DNA of 33,970 nt from Candidatus Kuenenbacteria bacterium HGW-Kuenenbacteria-1 (GTDB lineage: Bacteria; Patescibacteriota; Patescibacteriia; UBA2591; PGYQ01), in assembly GCA_002839745.1 (NCBI GenBank), contig PGYQ01000004.1:1-33970 (forward strand). The letters run 5' to 3'. Of this stretch, positions 15,115-25,763 are shown piece after piece (the stretch's first letter is position 1; every line of letters begins with the position of its first letter). Under the pieces are notes generated by a model, which saw only the letters and a program-made list of their open reading frames with translations, was not told the origin of the DNA and ran no database searches. A program made the position numbers and the translations under genes.

Positions 15115-16032
15115 ATGAAAAAATCTTTTATTGATCTACATATGCATTCCGTTTATTCTGATGGAATGTTGGAGTTAAATCAAATTATCGAAAAAGTCAA
15201 AAAAGAAAATTTTTCAACATTTTCTTTAACTGATCATAATACAATTGCAGGAGTTGAAAAAATGATTGCGTTGGGCAAAAAAAACAAAATAAGAGTAATT
15301 CCCGGAATAGAATTGTATACTTTTTTTCAAAATAAAAAACTTCATTTGTTGGGTTATAATTTTGATTTAAAAAATAAAGAATTAAATAATTTAACTTCTC
15401 AGGCACAAATAAACCATTATAATTGGGGTGTTGAGACTTTAAAGCAAATGGAAAAAATTGGTTTTAAAATCGATTTTAAAGAATTAGATAAGATTAAATT
15501 AAAATATTTTGGATTTATTCATTTGAAAAATATTTTAATGAAATTTTCAAAAAATAAAAAAAGAATGATTGAGGATTTAAAATTAAAACAAAGGGCAAAG
15601 GCAATGAAAATAAAAAAAATTCCAAATCCAGATCTTTTTGAAATGATAAATTATTATTTTATTAAGGGCAAACCAGGATTTGTGCCTGGAGAACATTCGG
15701 AAATTTCTACTTGTTTAGCAATAAAAACAATTTTAAAAGCTGGTGGAATTCCTGTTTTGGCTCATCCGGGGCAACAATTATCTTATGATGATGATAAAAT
15801 AATTTTTGAATTAAAACAAAAAGGATTGAAGGGTATTGAAGCGATTACTCCCTATCATTCATGGCATCAAATTGAACATTATCAAAAATTAGCCAATGCT
15901 TTAAATTTAATAATTACTTTTGGCACTGATTTTCATTGCGATCTTATTGACCTATCTTTAAAAAATCAACCCATTAAAAATCAATGGAGTTATTTTAAAA
16001 TGTTGGAAAAAAATTTAGGATTAAGCTTTTAA
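15115..16032 (+). CDS. PHP-domain metal-dependent phosphoesterase
   Basis: N-terminal IDLHMHSVYSDG, then LTDHNT, AHPG and a C-terminal GTDFH, the PHP histidine/aspartate motif series. Confidence 0.7.
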   Translation: MKKSFIDLHMHSVYSDGMLELNQIIEKVKKENFSTFSLTDHNTIAGVEKMIALGKKNKIRVIPGIELYTFFQNKKLHLLGYNFDLKNKELNNLTSQAQINHYNWGVETLKQMEKIGFKIDFKELDKIKLKYFGFIHLKNILMKFSKNKKRMIEDLKLKQRAKAMKIKKIPNPDLFEMINYYFIKGKPGFVPGEHSEISTCLAIKTILKAGGIPVLAHPGQQLSYDDDKIIFELKQKGLKGIEAITPYHSWHQIEHYQKLANALNLIITFGTDFHCDLIDLSLKNQPIKNQWSYFKMLEKNLGLSF

Positions 16033-16161
16033 TTTTGGCTCTGTCATTTATAAAGGGTAGCTCATTACACTTGGTAAATTACCAATAAATATCTAACATT
16101 AGAAATACAGTATTAATTAAAATTTGCAATACTTTACAATATTAATTTTATTATAGGGATA

Positions 16162-16190
16162 TTGTTAAATTTTATTAATTTATATATAAT
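16162..16190 (+). promoter_or_regulatory. Putative ppsA promoter (TTGTTA-17-TATAAT)
   Basis: TTGTTA at 16162-16167, a 17-nt spacer, TATAAT at 16185-16190. The ORF-track TTG start coincides with this -35 element. Confidence 0.4.
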
Positions 16191-16224
16191 GGATTTATTA
16201 TTTAATTTTAAAATTTTAAAATTT

Positions 16225-18651
16225 ATGAAAAAAAAATATATTCATTGGTTTAAAGAAATTGGAATTAAAGATGTTCCTTTGGTAGGAGGGAAAAATGCAT
16301 CTTTGGGAGAAATGTATCAAAATCTTGCTAAAAAAGGGATTAATATTCCTAATGGTTTTGCGGTTAGCGCTAAGGCTTATTTTTATTTATTAGAAAGCGC
16401 CGGGATTAAAGATAAAATAAAAAAAATTCTTTCTGATTTAGATACAAGTGATATGGAAAATTTAGCCGAAAGAGGACATCAAGTTAGAGAAACTATTTTG
16501 AAAGCAAAATTTCCAGAAGATTTAGAAAAAGAAATTATTCAGGCTTACCAAGAATTATCTAAAGAATTTTTTTCAAAAGCTATAAATTGTCAAACAGATG
16601 TAGCAGTAAGAAGTTCGGCAACAGCTGAAGATCTTCCTGATGCATCTTTTGCTGGACAACAAGAAACTTATTTAAATGTTAAAGGCGATTACGCATTATT
16701 AGAGGCTTGTAAAAAATGTTTTGCTTCACTTTTTACTAACCGCGCTATTTCTTATCGAGTAGATAAAGGGTTTGATCATTTTTCTATTGGTTTATCAATT
16801 GTTGTTCAAAAAATGATTCGTTCGGATAAAGCTTGTTCTGGAGTTGCTTTTTCTATTGATACAGAAACTGGATTTCAAAATGCAATTTTGATTAGTGGTT
16901 CATGGGGGTTGGGAGAAAATGTTGTGCAAGGAGCAGTCAATCCTGATGAATTTTTTGTTTTTAAACCTACTTTAGAAAAATTTAAACCAATTTTAAATAA
17001 AAAATTAGGCGCTAAAACAATAAAAATGATTTATAGCCAAGAGGGGAATAAACCAGTTAAAAATATAGAAACAAGTGAAGAAGAAAGAAATAAATTTGTT
17101 TTAAATGATGATGAAATTTTACATTTAGCTAAATGGGTAAAAATAATTGAAGAATATTATAAAAAACCAATGGATATTGAATGGGCTAAAGATGGAGTAA
17201 ATAATCAGCTATATATTGTTCAGGCTCGTCCAGAAACAGTTCAATCTCAAAGAAATGTTAATATAATTACAACCTATAAATTACAAACTGTAAACTGTAA
17301 ATTATTATGTAAAGGGGCTGCAGTAGGATCAAAAATTGGACAAGGGAAAGTTAATGTTATTAAAAATGTTCATGAGATTAAAAATTTTAAAAAAGGAGAA
17401 GTTTTGGTCACTGAAATAACTGATCCAGATTGGGAACCAATTATGAAAATTGCCTCAGCTATTATTACTAATAAAGGTGGACGTTGTTGTCATGCGGCGA
17501 TTGTAAGTCGTGAATTAGGAATTCCTTGTGTTGTTGGAACGCGAAATGCAACTCAAGTTTTAAAAAATGGACAAGCAATTACAGTTTGTTGCGCTGAGGG
17601 AGAAATTGGAAAAGTTTATCAAGGAATTATTCCTTTTAATATTCAAGAAACTAATCTTAAAAAATTTAAAAAGCCAAAAACAAAAATTATGATGAATATT
17701 GGCGAACCAGAGCAAGCTTTTTCTTCAAGTTTTATTCCTAATGATGGAATTGGTTTGGCGCGCGAAGAATTTATTATTAATAATTTTATTAAAATACATC
17801 CAAATATATTATTAGCCATTGATAAAAAACAGCCAATTATTAATAATAAAAAAATTGATAAAGAAACCTTGGGAAAAATTGAAGAAATTACACGAGGTTA
17901 TAAAAATAAATCGCAATTTTTTGTTGATAAATTAGCAGAGGGAGTAAGTATGCTTGGCGCTGGTTTTTATCCTAAAGATGTTATTGTTCGTTTATCTGAT
18001 TTTAAATCAAATGAATATGCTAATTTAATTGGCGGAAAATATTTTGAACCAGAAGAATCTAATCCAATGATTGGTTGGCGTGGAGCTTCACGTTATTATA
18101 GCGAGCAATATAAAGAAGCTTTTGCTTTAGAATGTCAAGCAATAAAAAAAGTTCGCGAAGAAATGGGTTTAACAAATATTATTGTAATGGTTCCGTTTTG
18201 TAGAACTATAGAAGAAGCAAAAAAAGTTTTATTAGAAATGAAAAAAAATAAATTAATTATTAATGCTTATAAATCATCAGCTAATAATTTAAAAATATAT
18301 ATGATGGTTGAAGTTCCTTCAAATGTTATTTTAGCTAAAGAATTTGCTAAAATTTTTGATGGATTTTCTATTGGGAGTAATGATTTAACCCAACTTGTTT
18401 TAGGAGTTGATCGTGATTCAGAATTAATTAGTCATGTTTATGATGAAAGAAATGAAGCAGTAAAAATTTTAGTTAGAGATGTAATTAAAATAGCTAGACA
18501 AAGTAAAGTAAAAATAGGATTTTGCGGACAAGCACCTTCAGATTTTCCAGAATTTGCTAAATTTCTTGTTGAATGTGGAATTGACAGTATATCTTTAAAT
18601 CCTGATTCAATAATAAAAACTACTTTGCAAATTTCAAAAATGAAAAAATAA
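16225..18651 (+). CDS. ppsA: Phosphoenolpyruvate synthase (pyruvate, water dikinase)
   Basis: The start was moved to ATG 16225 (MKKKYIHWFKEIG...VPLVGGKNASLGEM). Phospho-His motif GGRCCHAAIVSRELGIPCVVG, and a C-terminal PEP-utilising TIM barrel with GSNDLTQL. Confidence 0.9.
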   Translation: MKKKYIHWFKEIGIKDVPLVGGKNASLGEMYQNLAKKGINIPNGFAVSAKAYFYLLESAGIKDKIKKILSDLDTSDMENLAERGHQVRETILKAKFPEDLEKEIIQAYQELSKEFFSKAINCQTDVAVRSSATAEDLPDASFAGQQETYLNVKGDYALLEACKKCFASLFTNRAISYRVDKGFDHFSIGLSIVVQKMIRSDKACSGVAFSIDTETGFQNAILISGSWGLGENVVQGAVNPDEFFVFKPTLEKFKPILNKKLGAKTIKMIYSQEGNKPVKNIETSEEERNKFVLNDDEILHLAKWVKIIEEYYKKPMDIEWAKDGVNNQLYIVQARPETVQSQRNVNIITTYKLQTVNCKLLCKGAAVGSKIGQGKVNVIKNVHEIKNFKKGEVLVTEITDPDWEPIMKIASAIITNKGGRCCHAAIVSRELGIPCVVGTRNATQVLKNGQAITVCCAEGEIGKVYQGIIPFNIQETNLKKFKKPKTKIMMNIGEPEQAFSSSFIPNDGIGLAREEFIINNFIKIHPNILLAIDKKQPIINNKKIDKETLGKIEEITRGYKNKSQFFVDKLAEGVSMLGAGFYPKDVIVRLSDFKSNEYANLIGGKYFEPEESNPMIGWRGASRYYSEQYKEAFALECQAIKKVREEMGLTNIIVMVPFCRTIEEAKKVLLEMKKNKLIINAYKSSANNLKIYMMVEVPSNVILAKEFAKIFDGFSIGSNDLTQLVLGVDRDSELISHVYDERNEAVKILVRDVIKIARQSKVKIGFCGQAPSDFPEFAKFLVECGIDSISLNPDSIIKTTLQISKMKK

Positions 18652-18692
18652 GTAGTTTGTAATTTTATTTTATATTTTAACTTCTAATTTAT

Positions 18693-18947
18693 ATGTTTTG
18701 GTCTATTGTTATTGGTTTATTAATATTAGTGTTTGGATCTTTGTTGGTAATAAAAACAGAGTGGTTTCTTCAAATTGTTGGAAGAGTAGATTGGGCAGAA
18801 AAATGGTTGGGAGTTGAAGGTGGAACTAGATTATATTATAAATTATTAGGAATATTATTTTGTATTATTGGATTTTTAACAATGACTGGACTTTTAAAAT
18901 CAATTGTTTTGAATTTGGTTGAACCATTTTTTGGAGGATTTAGATAA
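18693..18947 (+). CDS. Small membrane protein (two TM segments), function unknown
   Basis: An 84-aa ORF with hydrophobic segments at each end, non-overlapping with neighbours. Confidence 0.45.
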   Translation: MFWSIVIGLLILVFGSLLVIKTEWFLQIVGRVDWAEKWLGVEGGTRLYYKLLGILFCIIGFLTMTGLLKSIVLNLVEPFFGGFR

Positions 18948-19001
18948 TAAAAAATATAAAAGTTAAATAATAATACTTTTTTCATGGTCATTAGAGACGG
19001 T

Positions 19002-22000
19002 TTAAGAAAGAATTTTTAATTTTTTAATTTCTTCTTTTATTTCTTCATTAAAATTAATAAATAAATTTGTGTAAATTTTTTGGCTTTGACCATTATTTAC
19101 ATAATTAAAATAAACTTGTTGTTTGCCAGGGCAATTGATTAAAATATTTTTTAATTTTTGAATTAAAATTTGATCAGTGGCAGGGGAGATATTAAAACAA
19201 ACAGACGGGAAAGTTTCTATTGGTTGTGTTAAACAATTTTTTTGTTCTTTGGATTCTATAGAATTTAATTGTCTAGAGCTGAATTCTCGATAATTTTTTT
19301 TTTCATAAATAAAATTTTTGCATTTTTTTACTAATTGTTGAATATTTTCTTCTGTTATTTCTTTGGCTTCATCGGCGATAAGTTTAATATTTCCATCTTT
19401 ATCAGATAATTTTCCTTGGATTAAAATCATTTTATTCTCTTGCCAAATTTCGGAATTATTTTTTAAAATTGTCGGAAACACTAAAATTTCTAAAGTTTCA
19501 ATCCCATCTTCCATTGTTACAAAAAGCATTAATTCTTTTGATTGACGAGTATAAACTTTTTGTATTTTAGCGATTAAACCAGCTGTTTGGATAAAATTAT
19601 TTTTATAAGTGACTTTTTTAAGTTCAGAATAAATAGGAAAATTAAATAATAATTTAAATTTTTCAAAGGGATGTTTTGAAACATATAAACCTAATAATTC
19701 TTTTTCCCAAGTGAGATTTTGTTTTTCATTTGTTAATTCTGTTGTTTTTAAATTTAATTTAGGCAAAGTATTTAAACAAAGAATATCAAAAAGATTAATT
19801 TGATTTGAGTTATTTTCTTTATTAATTTTTCGACCATAATTTAAAATCTCTTCTAAATTTTCTAAAAATTGAATGCGTTCTCCTAGTTGATCAAATGTGC
19901 CACATTTAATCAAGCTTTCTAATGATTTTTTATTTAAATCTTTATGATTAACTCTTTGCATAAAATTTTCCATGCTTTCAAATTTTCCATTTTTTTTCCG
20001 TTCTTCAATAATTGCTTCAATTATTTTTTTTCCAACATTTTTTATTGCGGACAATCCGAAACGAATAATTTGTTGTTTATTTAATACAATTACTGTAAAA
20101 TCGGCAAAACTTTCATTAATGTCTGGTGGCAAAACTTTAATTCCCATTTCTTTGCATTCCATAATTTCTATGGCTATTCTATCGGCATTACCTTGATCAG
20201 AAGTAAGAAGGCTGGCCATAAATTCACAAGGAAAATGAGCTTTTAAATAGGCTGTCCAATATCCGATAAGAGCATAACAAGTGCCATGGCTTTTATTAAA
20301 TCCATAACCGGCAAAAGGTTCAATAATAAGGACAAAAACTTTGTTGGCGATTTCTTGAGAGATTTTATTAGCAACACACCCTTTAATAAATTTTTCTTTT
20401 TGTTTAATTAAGAGATTATGGATTTTTTTCCCCACAGCTTTTCTTAAAATATCTGCTTCTGCCAAAGTAAATCCAGCCAATGTTTTGGCAATTTCCATCA
20501 CTTGTTCTTGATAAATACAAATGCCATAAGTTTTTTCTAAAATGGATTCTAGTTTTGGATGTAGATATGATGTTTTCTTTTTCCCGTGTTTTCCATTTAT
20601 ATAATCAGGAATCCATTCAATTGGTCCGGGTCGATAAAGAGAAATCATAGCGATAATGTCTTCAAAATTATTAGGCTTTAGTTGCTTTAAATATTTTTTC
20701 ATTCCGCTACTTTCTAATTGGAACACGCCAGTTGTTTTTCCATCTTTGAAAAGTTTAAAAGTTTTTTTATTATCAAGAGGAATTTGGTTTAAATCAATTT
20801 TTATATTATGAATCCATTTAATTAATTTAATTGTTTTTTGTAAGATTGTTAAATTTTTTAAACCTAAAATATCGATTTTAAGTAATCCTAAATTTTCAAC
20901 AATATTCATAGAATATTGTGTGACAATTGTTTCATCGTCTTGATGAGGATGTTGTAAGGGAACATAATTGTTAAGAGAATTTTTAGTAATAATAATTCCG
21001 CAAGCGTGAGTAGAAATATGACGAGCCACGCCTTCTAATTTTTTAGAAATTTCAAGCAATCTTTTGATTTTTGGGTCAGTTTCAAAAAATTCTTTTAATT
21101 CTGAAACATTGTCAATGGAATCTTGAATAGAATGTCCGAGAATTAATTTAGCAATTTTATCACAAAGACTATATTCTATTCCTAAAACTCGACCACAATC
21201 ACGAATAGACGCGCGTCCGGCCATGGTTCCAAAAGTGGCTATTTGGGCTACATGGTTTTTCCCATATTTTTTTTCTATATATCCTATTACTTCATTTCGA
21301 CGATCATCGGCAAAATCCAAGTCAATGTCAGGCATACTGATTCTTTCTGGGTTTAAAAATCTTTCAAATAATAAATTGTATTTAATTGGATTAATTTCTG
21401 TGATATTTAAAACATAGGAAACCAAACTGCCTGGCGCTGAACCACGACCAGGACCAACAAAAATTTCATTTTTTTTTGCCCAATTAACAAAATCTTGAAC
21501 AATAAGAAAATAAGAGGCAAAACCTGTGGTTTTAATTATGTCTAATTCATATTTTAAGCGAGACAAAATTTCTTCATTACATTGAGGAAATTTTTCTTTT
21601 AACCCTTGATAACAAAGTTTTTCAAGATATGTGTTTGCGTCAAAATCTTTTGGAACATCAAAATGTGGCAAGAGAATTTCTTTTAAGGGAATTTCTAAAT
21701 TACACAGTTCTACTATTTTTTGTGTATTTTCAATGGCTTCGGGCACATCTTTAAAAGAATCAATCATTTGTTCTTGAGAACGCATTGAAAAATCTTCCCC
21801 AACAAAAGTCATTCTATTTGTGTCTGCTATTTTTTTTTGAGTTTGAAGGCAAATAAGAATATCTTGGGCTTCCGCATCTTCTGGTTGGAGATAATGAACA
21901 TCATTAGTTGCAATTAATGGAATGTTTAATTTTTTTGCCATTTCTATTATTTTTTGGTTAACAGTTATTTGGGCTGAAAGGCTAGGGTGATCTTGAAGTT

Positions 22001-22517
22001 CTAAATAAAAACTATCTTTGCCAAATAATTTTTGATATTCTAAAGCGATTTTTTCTGCTTTTTGATAATTTTCTGCTAAAATAGTCTGCGGAATAGCGCC
22101 TTTTAAACAACCACTTAAAGCAATTAAACCTTCGCTATGTTTTTTTAATAATTCATTGTCAATACGGGGTTTATAATAATATCCTTCTAACCATGCTTTG
22201 GATGTTAATTTAATTAGATTTTTATAACCTTGTAAATTTTTAGCCAAAAGAACAAGATGATATTGTTTGTTATCAATATTGGGTCTTTTATTATACATTC
22301 CATCAGTGGCGACATAAAATTCAACGCCAATAATTGGTTTTATTCCTTGCGCTTTTGCTTTTTGGTAAAATTCTATTACCCCATACATATTTCCGTGATC
22401 AGTCAAAGCCAAAGAATTCATATTTAATTTTTTTGCGTATTCTAAAAGTTCGTCGATTTTTGGTAAACCGTCGAGTAAACTATAATGGCTATGAATATGA
22501 AGATGAGAGAAGAGCAT
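19002..22517 (-). CDS. dnaE: DNA polymerase III alpha subunit
   Basis: N-terminal PHP domain (HLHIHSHYSLLDG), the palm/fingers region (MPDIDLDF, GLLKIDILGL) and a C-terminal OB-fold region. Size 1171 aa. Confidence 0.95.
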   Translation of the reverse strand: MLFSHLHIHSHYSLLDGLPKIDELLEYAKKLNMNSLALTDHGNMYGVIEFYQKAKAQGIKPIIGVEFYVATDGMYNKRPNIDNKQYHLVLLAKNLQGYKNLIKLTSKAWLEGYYYKPRIDNELLKKHSEGLIALSGCLKGAIPQTILAENYQKAEKIALEYQKLFGKDSFYLELQDHPSLSAQITVNQKIIEMAKKLNIPLIATNDVHYLQPEDAEAQDILICLQTQKKIADTNRMTFVGEDFSMRSQEQMIDSFKDVPEAIENTQKIVELCNLEIPLKEILLPHFDVPKDFDANTYLEKLCYQGLKEKFPQCNEEILSRLKYELDIIKTTGFASYFLIVQDFVNWAKKNEIFVGPGRGSAPGSLVSYVLNITEINPIKYNLLFERFLNPERISMPDIDLDFADDRRNEVIGYIEKKYGKNHVAQIATFGTMAGRASIRDCGRVLGIEYSLCDKIAKLILGHSIQDSIDNVSELKEFFETDPKIKRLLEISKKLEGVARHISTHACGIIITKNSLNNYVPLQHPHQDDETIVTQYSMNIVENLGLLKIDILGLKNLTILQKTIKLIKWIHNIKIDLNQIPLDNKKTFKLFKDGKTTGVFQLESSGMKKYLKQLKPNNFEDIIAMISLYRPGPIEWIPDYINGKHGKKKTSYLHPKLESILEKTYGICIYQEQVMEIAKTLAGFTLAEADILRKAVGKKIHNLLIKQKEKFIKGCVANKISQEIANKVFVLIIEPFAGYGFNKSHGTCYALIGYWTAYLKAHFPCEFMASLLTSDQGNADRIAIEIMECKEMGIKVLPPDINESFADFTVIVLNKQQIIRFGLSAIKNVGKKIIEAIIEERKKNGKFESMENFMQRVNHKDLNKKSLESLIKCGTFDQLGERIQFLENLEEILNYGRKINKENNSNQINLFDILCLNTLPKLNLKTTELTNEKQNLTWEKELLGLYVSKHPFEKFKLLFNFPIYSELKKVTYKNNFIQTAGLIAKIQKVYTRQSKELMLFVTMEDGIETLEILVFPTILKNNSEIWQENKMILIQGKLSDKDGNIKLIADEAKEITEENIQQLVKKCKNFIYEKKNYREFSSRQLNSIESKEQKNCLTQPIETFPSVCFNISPATDQILIQKLKNILINCPGKQQVYFNYVNNGQSQKIYTNLFINFNEEIKEEIKKLKILS

Positions 22518-22547
22518 AAAGAAATTTTATATTTTTAATTTCTTGCA

Positions 22548-22874
22548 TTACTGATTTTTATTTGTATTTTTTACTTTTATTTTTATCTTTTTATCCTCTT
22601 TTTCTTGTTCTTTTTTTTCTTTGATATGGTCAATAAGAGCGGAAAAACCATGCGAAAATAATGTTAAAAAGGCGCCCATAGAAGTTACTCTATTTTTTAA
22701 TGCTTCAATTAATTCTCCAAAGGCTTCAATTTTTCGATTGACATTTTTTGTTATTTTATAGGTATCGCGAAGCATTGCGATAAAATAGAATAATCCCCAA
22801 CAAAGTAGGATTGTTATCCATAATGCGCAAAAAGCAAGAACAATAAATAATAAATCTTGGCTTGTTTGAATCAT
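22548..22874 (-). CDS. Membrane-anchored hypothetical protein with a K/E-rich tail
   Basis: A 108-aa ORF with an N-terminal hydrophobic hairpin. It lies 30 nt upstream of dnaE on the same strand. Confidence 0.45.
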   Translation of the reverse strand: MIQTSQDLLFIVLAFCALWITILLCWGLFYFIAMLRDTYKITKNVNRKIEAFGELIEALKNRVTSMGAFLTLFSHGFSALIDHIKEKKEQEKEDKKIKIKVKNTNKNQ

Positions 22875-23150
22875 AAAATTATTTTTATCGCAGAATCACG
22901 TGGATTTTTACGTGGATATGCAGATAAATTAAGAATTAAATTTTTGAATTCGACCTTTAAAATTATTTTTTAAAAGCTAAAATAAAAAAAGCTAGGAAAC
23001 TATTTTATATTTTAGCTTTTTTTTAAAAAAAATTAAAGAGGGCTAAAATTTTGTCTAAGCAATATACTAATTTAAATATTAATTTAATTATTTTAAAATT
23101 TTAAAAATTATTGTATACTTAAAATATCTTATTTTATTTTTATTATTATT

Positions 23151-24386
23151 ATGATGGATATTGTAATATTTGGGATGAATAATTTTTCAAGATGGTTTGA
23201 AAAAGAAACATTTAATCGTAGCGCATATATTTTGAAAAATTTATTAGAAGATAAGCGAATTGGAAAAGTTCTTTATATTGATTTGTTGCCTTGCACAAAG
23301 AAACAAGGAATTAAAAGTTATATTCGAAATCAAATTCAAGCACCTCAAAAAAAAATTATTTATCGAGATGTTTTTAGTATTTGTCGCCAAATTCAATCCG
23401 TCAGTTGGCAAACTGAATTTTTAAATATTTCTAAGGGTTTTTTTGTTTATTCAACAATAGATTCTGTTTTTAGAGAAGAAGTAATGATTAAAAAAATAAA
23501 TAAAATTTTAAAAAAATTAAATTTTAAAAATACAATTCTTTGGTCATGTAATCCAATGTTTTGCGAATATTTTGGCAAGTTAGGAGAAGATGTGTCTTGT
23601 TTTGATACAATTGACAATTGGATAGAATATCCGGGATATAAAAATCAAAAACAAAGGCTTGAAAAAAATTACAAATTAATTAAAGAAAAAGCGAATATTA
23701 TTTTTACTGTTTCCACAGAATTGATAAATTTATTTTTTCAAAATAGAAAAAATGTTTATTGTGTTTCGCAAGGCATTGATTTGAGCAGATTTCAAAAAGA
23801 ATTGATTTGTCCAGAAGATATGAAACAAATTTCGCATCCGATCATTGGTTGCGTAGGCGTCATAAATAATCGCCTTGATTTTGATTTAATTTCTAAAATA
23901 ATAGAGAAAAATAATCCGTCAGCTGGCGGATTAAGTTTTGTTTTTATTGGACCAATTTGGCAGGATAAAAATTTAAAATCTGAAATAGAAAAATTATCTC
24001 GTTTTGATAATGTACATTTTTTAGGATCAAAACATTTTGAAAAAGTTCCGGCTTATATTAATCAATTTGATGTTTGTTTCACTTTTTATAAAGTAAATTT
24101 AAGCACAAAATGTGGAGATTCAATGAAAATGTATGAATACTTGGCTTTAGGAAAACCAATAATAGCAACTAATACAGGGGGAGTAGAAAAATTTTCTAGT
24201 TTGATTGAAGTTGTTAATACAGTAGAAGAATTTAGCAATGCTTTAAAAAAATGTTTGAAAGAAAAAGATGAAAATTTAAAACAAAAAAGAATAGAAGAAG
24301 TAAAAAGGCATGATTGGAAAAATAAAGTGGAAGAAATGTTGGATAAAATTGAATCATATAAGTCGGTTTCTAAAATTTTAAAATAA
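23151..24386 (+). CDS. Glycosyltransferase, GT-B fold (family 1/4-like)
   Basis: C-terminal donor-binding region with the E-x7-E-like motif MKMYEYLALGKPIIATNTGG. Confidence 0.6.
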   Translation: MMDIVIFGMNNFSRWFEKETFNRSAYILKNLLEDKRIGKVLYIDLLPCTKKQGIKSYIRNQIQAPQKKIIYRDVFSICRQIQSVSWQTEFLNISKGFFVYSTIDSVFREEVMIKKINKILKKLNFKNTILWSCNPMFCEYFGKLGEDVSCFDTIDNWIEYPGYKNQKQRLEKNYKLIKEKANIIFTVSTELINLFFQNRKNVYCVSQGIDLSRFQKELICPEDMKQISHPIIGCVGVINNRLDFDLISKIIEKNNPSAGGLSFVFIGPIWQDKNLKSEIEKLSRFDNVHFLGSKHFEKVPAYINQFDVCFTFYKVNLSTKCGDSMKMYEYLALGKPIIATNTGGVEKFSSLIEVVNTVEEFSNALKKCLKEKDENLKQKRIEEVKRHDWKNKVEEMLDKIESYKSVSKILK

Positions 24387-24389
24387 TAT

Positions 24390-25691
24390 ATGAAATTACA
24401 AATTAAACAATTTAAATTTTTTATAAACAAGACTATTTTTTTAATGATATTTTTGTTATTGTGTTTTTCGTTTGCTCTGATGCCTATTGGGGTGAATTTT
24501 TTTGTTTTTTCTGAAGAGTTGTTAACTAATAAACCAACAAATAATAAACCAATAACTGATACAAAATATAAAAGTGAAGAAATATTAACAATAGAAAAAC
24601 AAATAAAAGATAAAGCGGACAGAATAAAAGATTTAGAAATGCAAAATGAAAATTATAAAAGAAATATTGAAATAAAAAAAATGGAACAAGTGACATTAAG
24701 TGGTGAATTAGAAATGTTAGGAACTAAAATTAGTGTTGTTCAAAATGCTCTTGAAAGAACGCAGTTAAGAATTAAACAAGTTAATTTAGAGGTTCAAGGT
24801 GCAGAATTAAAAATTTTAAGACAAGGAGCAAAAATAGAAAATCAAAAAGAAAAAATAGCGGAATTTATAAGATTAATTTATCATTTAGATCAACAGACTC
24901 CTTTGGAAATTTTGCTTTTAAATAATTCAATATCAGATTATTTTAATCAAGTAAAATTTGTTAAAAAAATAGAATATCAAATTCAGGGAATTTTAGATGA
25001 ATTTCAAGTAAATAAGCAAATTTTAAAGGAAGAAAAAAAGAATCTTGAGGATCAAAGATTAAAATTAGAAAATTTAAAAAAAGAACATAAAGAGGAAGGA
25101 TTAGCATTAGAAGAGCAAGAGAAAACCAAAGAAGTTTTTTTAGAAAGAACAAAAAAATCTGAATCAAGATTTCAGGCTTTACTTTTAGCTGTGAAAGAAG
25201 AAACAGAGGAAGCAAATGGAGAAATTGTTAGTTTGGAAAAAAAATTAAGAGAAAAATTAAGCAAAGAATTAGCTAGAGAAAAGGAAACAATTTTTATTTG
25301 GCCTGTTTTTAGAAATGTTATTACATGTAAATTTCAAGATCCTACTTATCTTTTTAGAAAATATTTTTCACATAATGCCATAGATATTCGAGCGTCACAA
25401 GGAACTTCAATTACAGCGGTCGCTTCTGGTTATGTAGGTAGAGCTAAAAATGCTGGTTTAGGATATAGCTATATATTAATTATTCATAATAATGGACTTT
25501 CTACTGTTTATGGACATACTTCAAGAATTTATGTTAAAGAAGGGGATTATGTAAATCAAGGACAAATTATTGGATTGAGTGGAGGAATGCCAGGAACTCC
25601 GGGAGCTGGTCAATTTAGCACAGGTTCACATTTACATTTTGAAGTTCGTCTTGATGGTAACCCAGTTAATCCAGAGAAATATTTACCTTAA
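24390..25691 (+). CDS. Coiled-coil M23 family metallopeptidase (EnvC-like architecture)
   Basis: An N-terminal TM segment, about 250 aa of heptad-like K/E/L-rich sequence, then the M23 motifs HNAIDI, GHTSRIYV and GSHLHFEVRLDGNPVNP. Confidence 0.85.
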   Translation: MKLQIKQFKFFINKTIFLMIFLLLCFSFALMPIGVNFFVFSEELLTNKPTNNKPITDTKYKSEEILTIEKQIKDKADRIKDLEMQNENYKRNIEIKKMEQVTLSGELEMLGTKISVVQNALERTQLRIKQVNLEVQGAELKILRQGAKIENQKEKIAEFIRLIYHLDQQTPLEILLLNNSISDYFNQVKFVKKIEYQIQGILDEFQVNKQILKEEKKNLEDQRLKLENLKKEHKEEGLALEEQEKTKEVFLERTKKSESRFQALLLAVKEETEEANGEIVSLEKKLREKLSKELAREKETIFIWPVFRNVITCKFQDPTYLFRKYFSHNAIDIRASQGTSITAVASGYVGRAKNAGLGYSYILIIHNNGLSTVYGHTSRIYVKEGDYVNQGQIIGLSGGMPGTPGAGQFSTGSHLHFEVRLDGNPVNPEKYLP

Positions 25692-25706
25692 AAAAGATTA
25701 AAAAAA

Positions 25707-25737
25707 ATGTTGTTTTATAATATTTATAAAACAACAT
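25707..25737. terminator. Bidirectional intrinsic terminator between the convergent M23 and lemA genes
   Basis: atgttgttttat-aatattt-ataaaacaacat, flanked by an A-run and a T-run. Confidence 0.6.
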
Positions 25738-25763
25738 TTTTTAAAAATAAAAATTAACTTTTA

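Noticed and set aside
16162-16224. Upstream TTG start extending ppsA by 21 codons.
   Set aside because: The extension is a low-complexity, non-conserved sequence, and the TTG coincides with the -35 of a TTGTTA-17-TATAAT promoter. The conserved N-terminus begins at ATG 16225.
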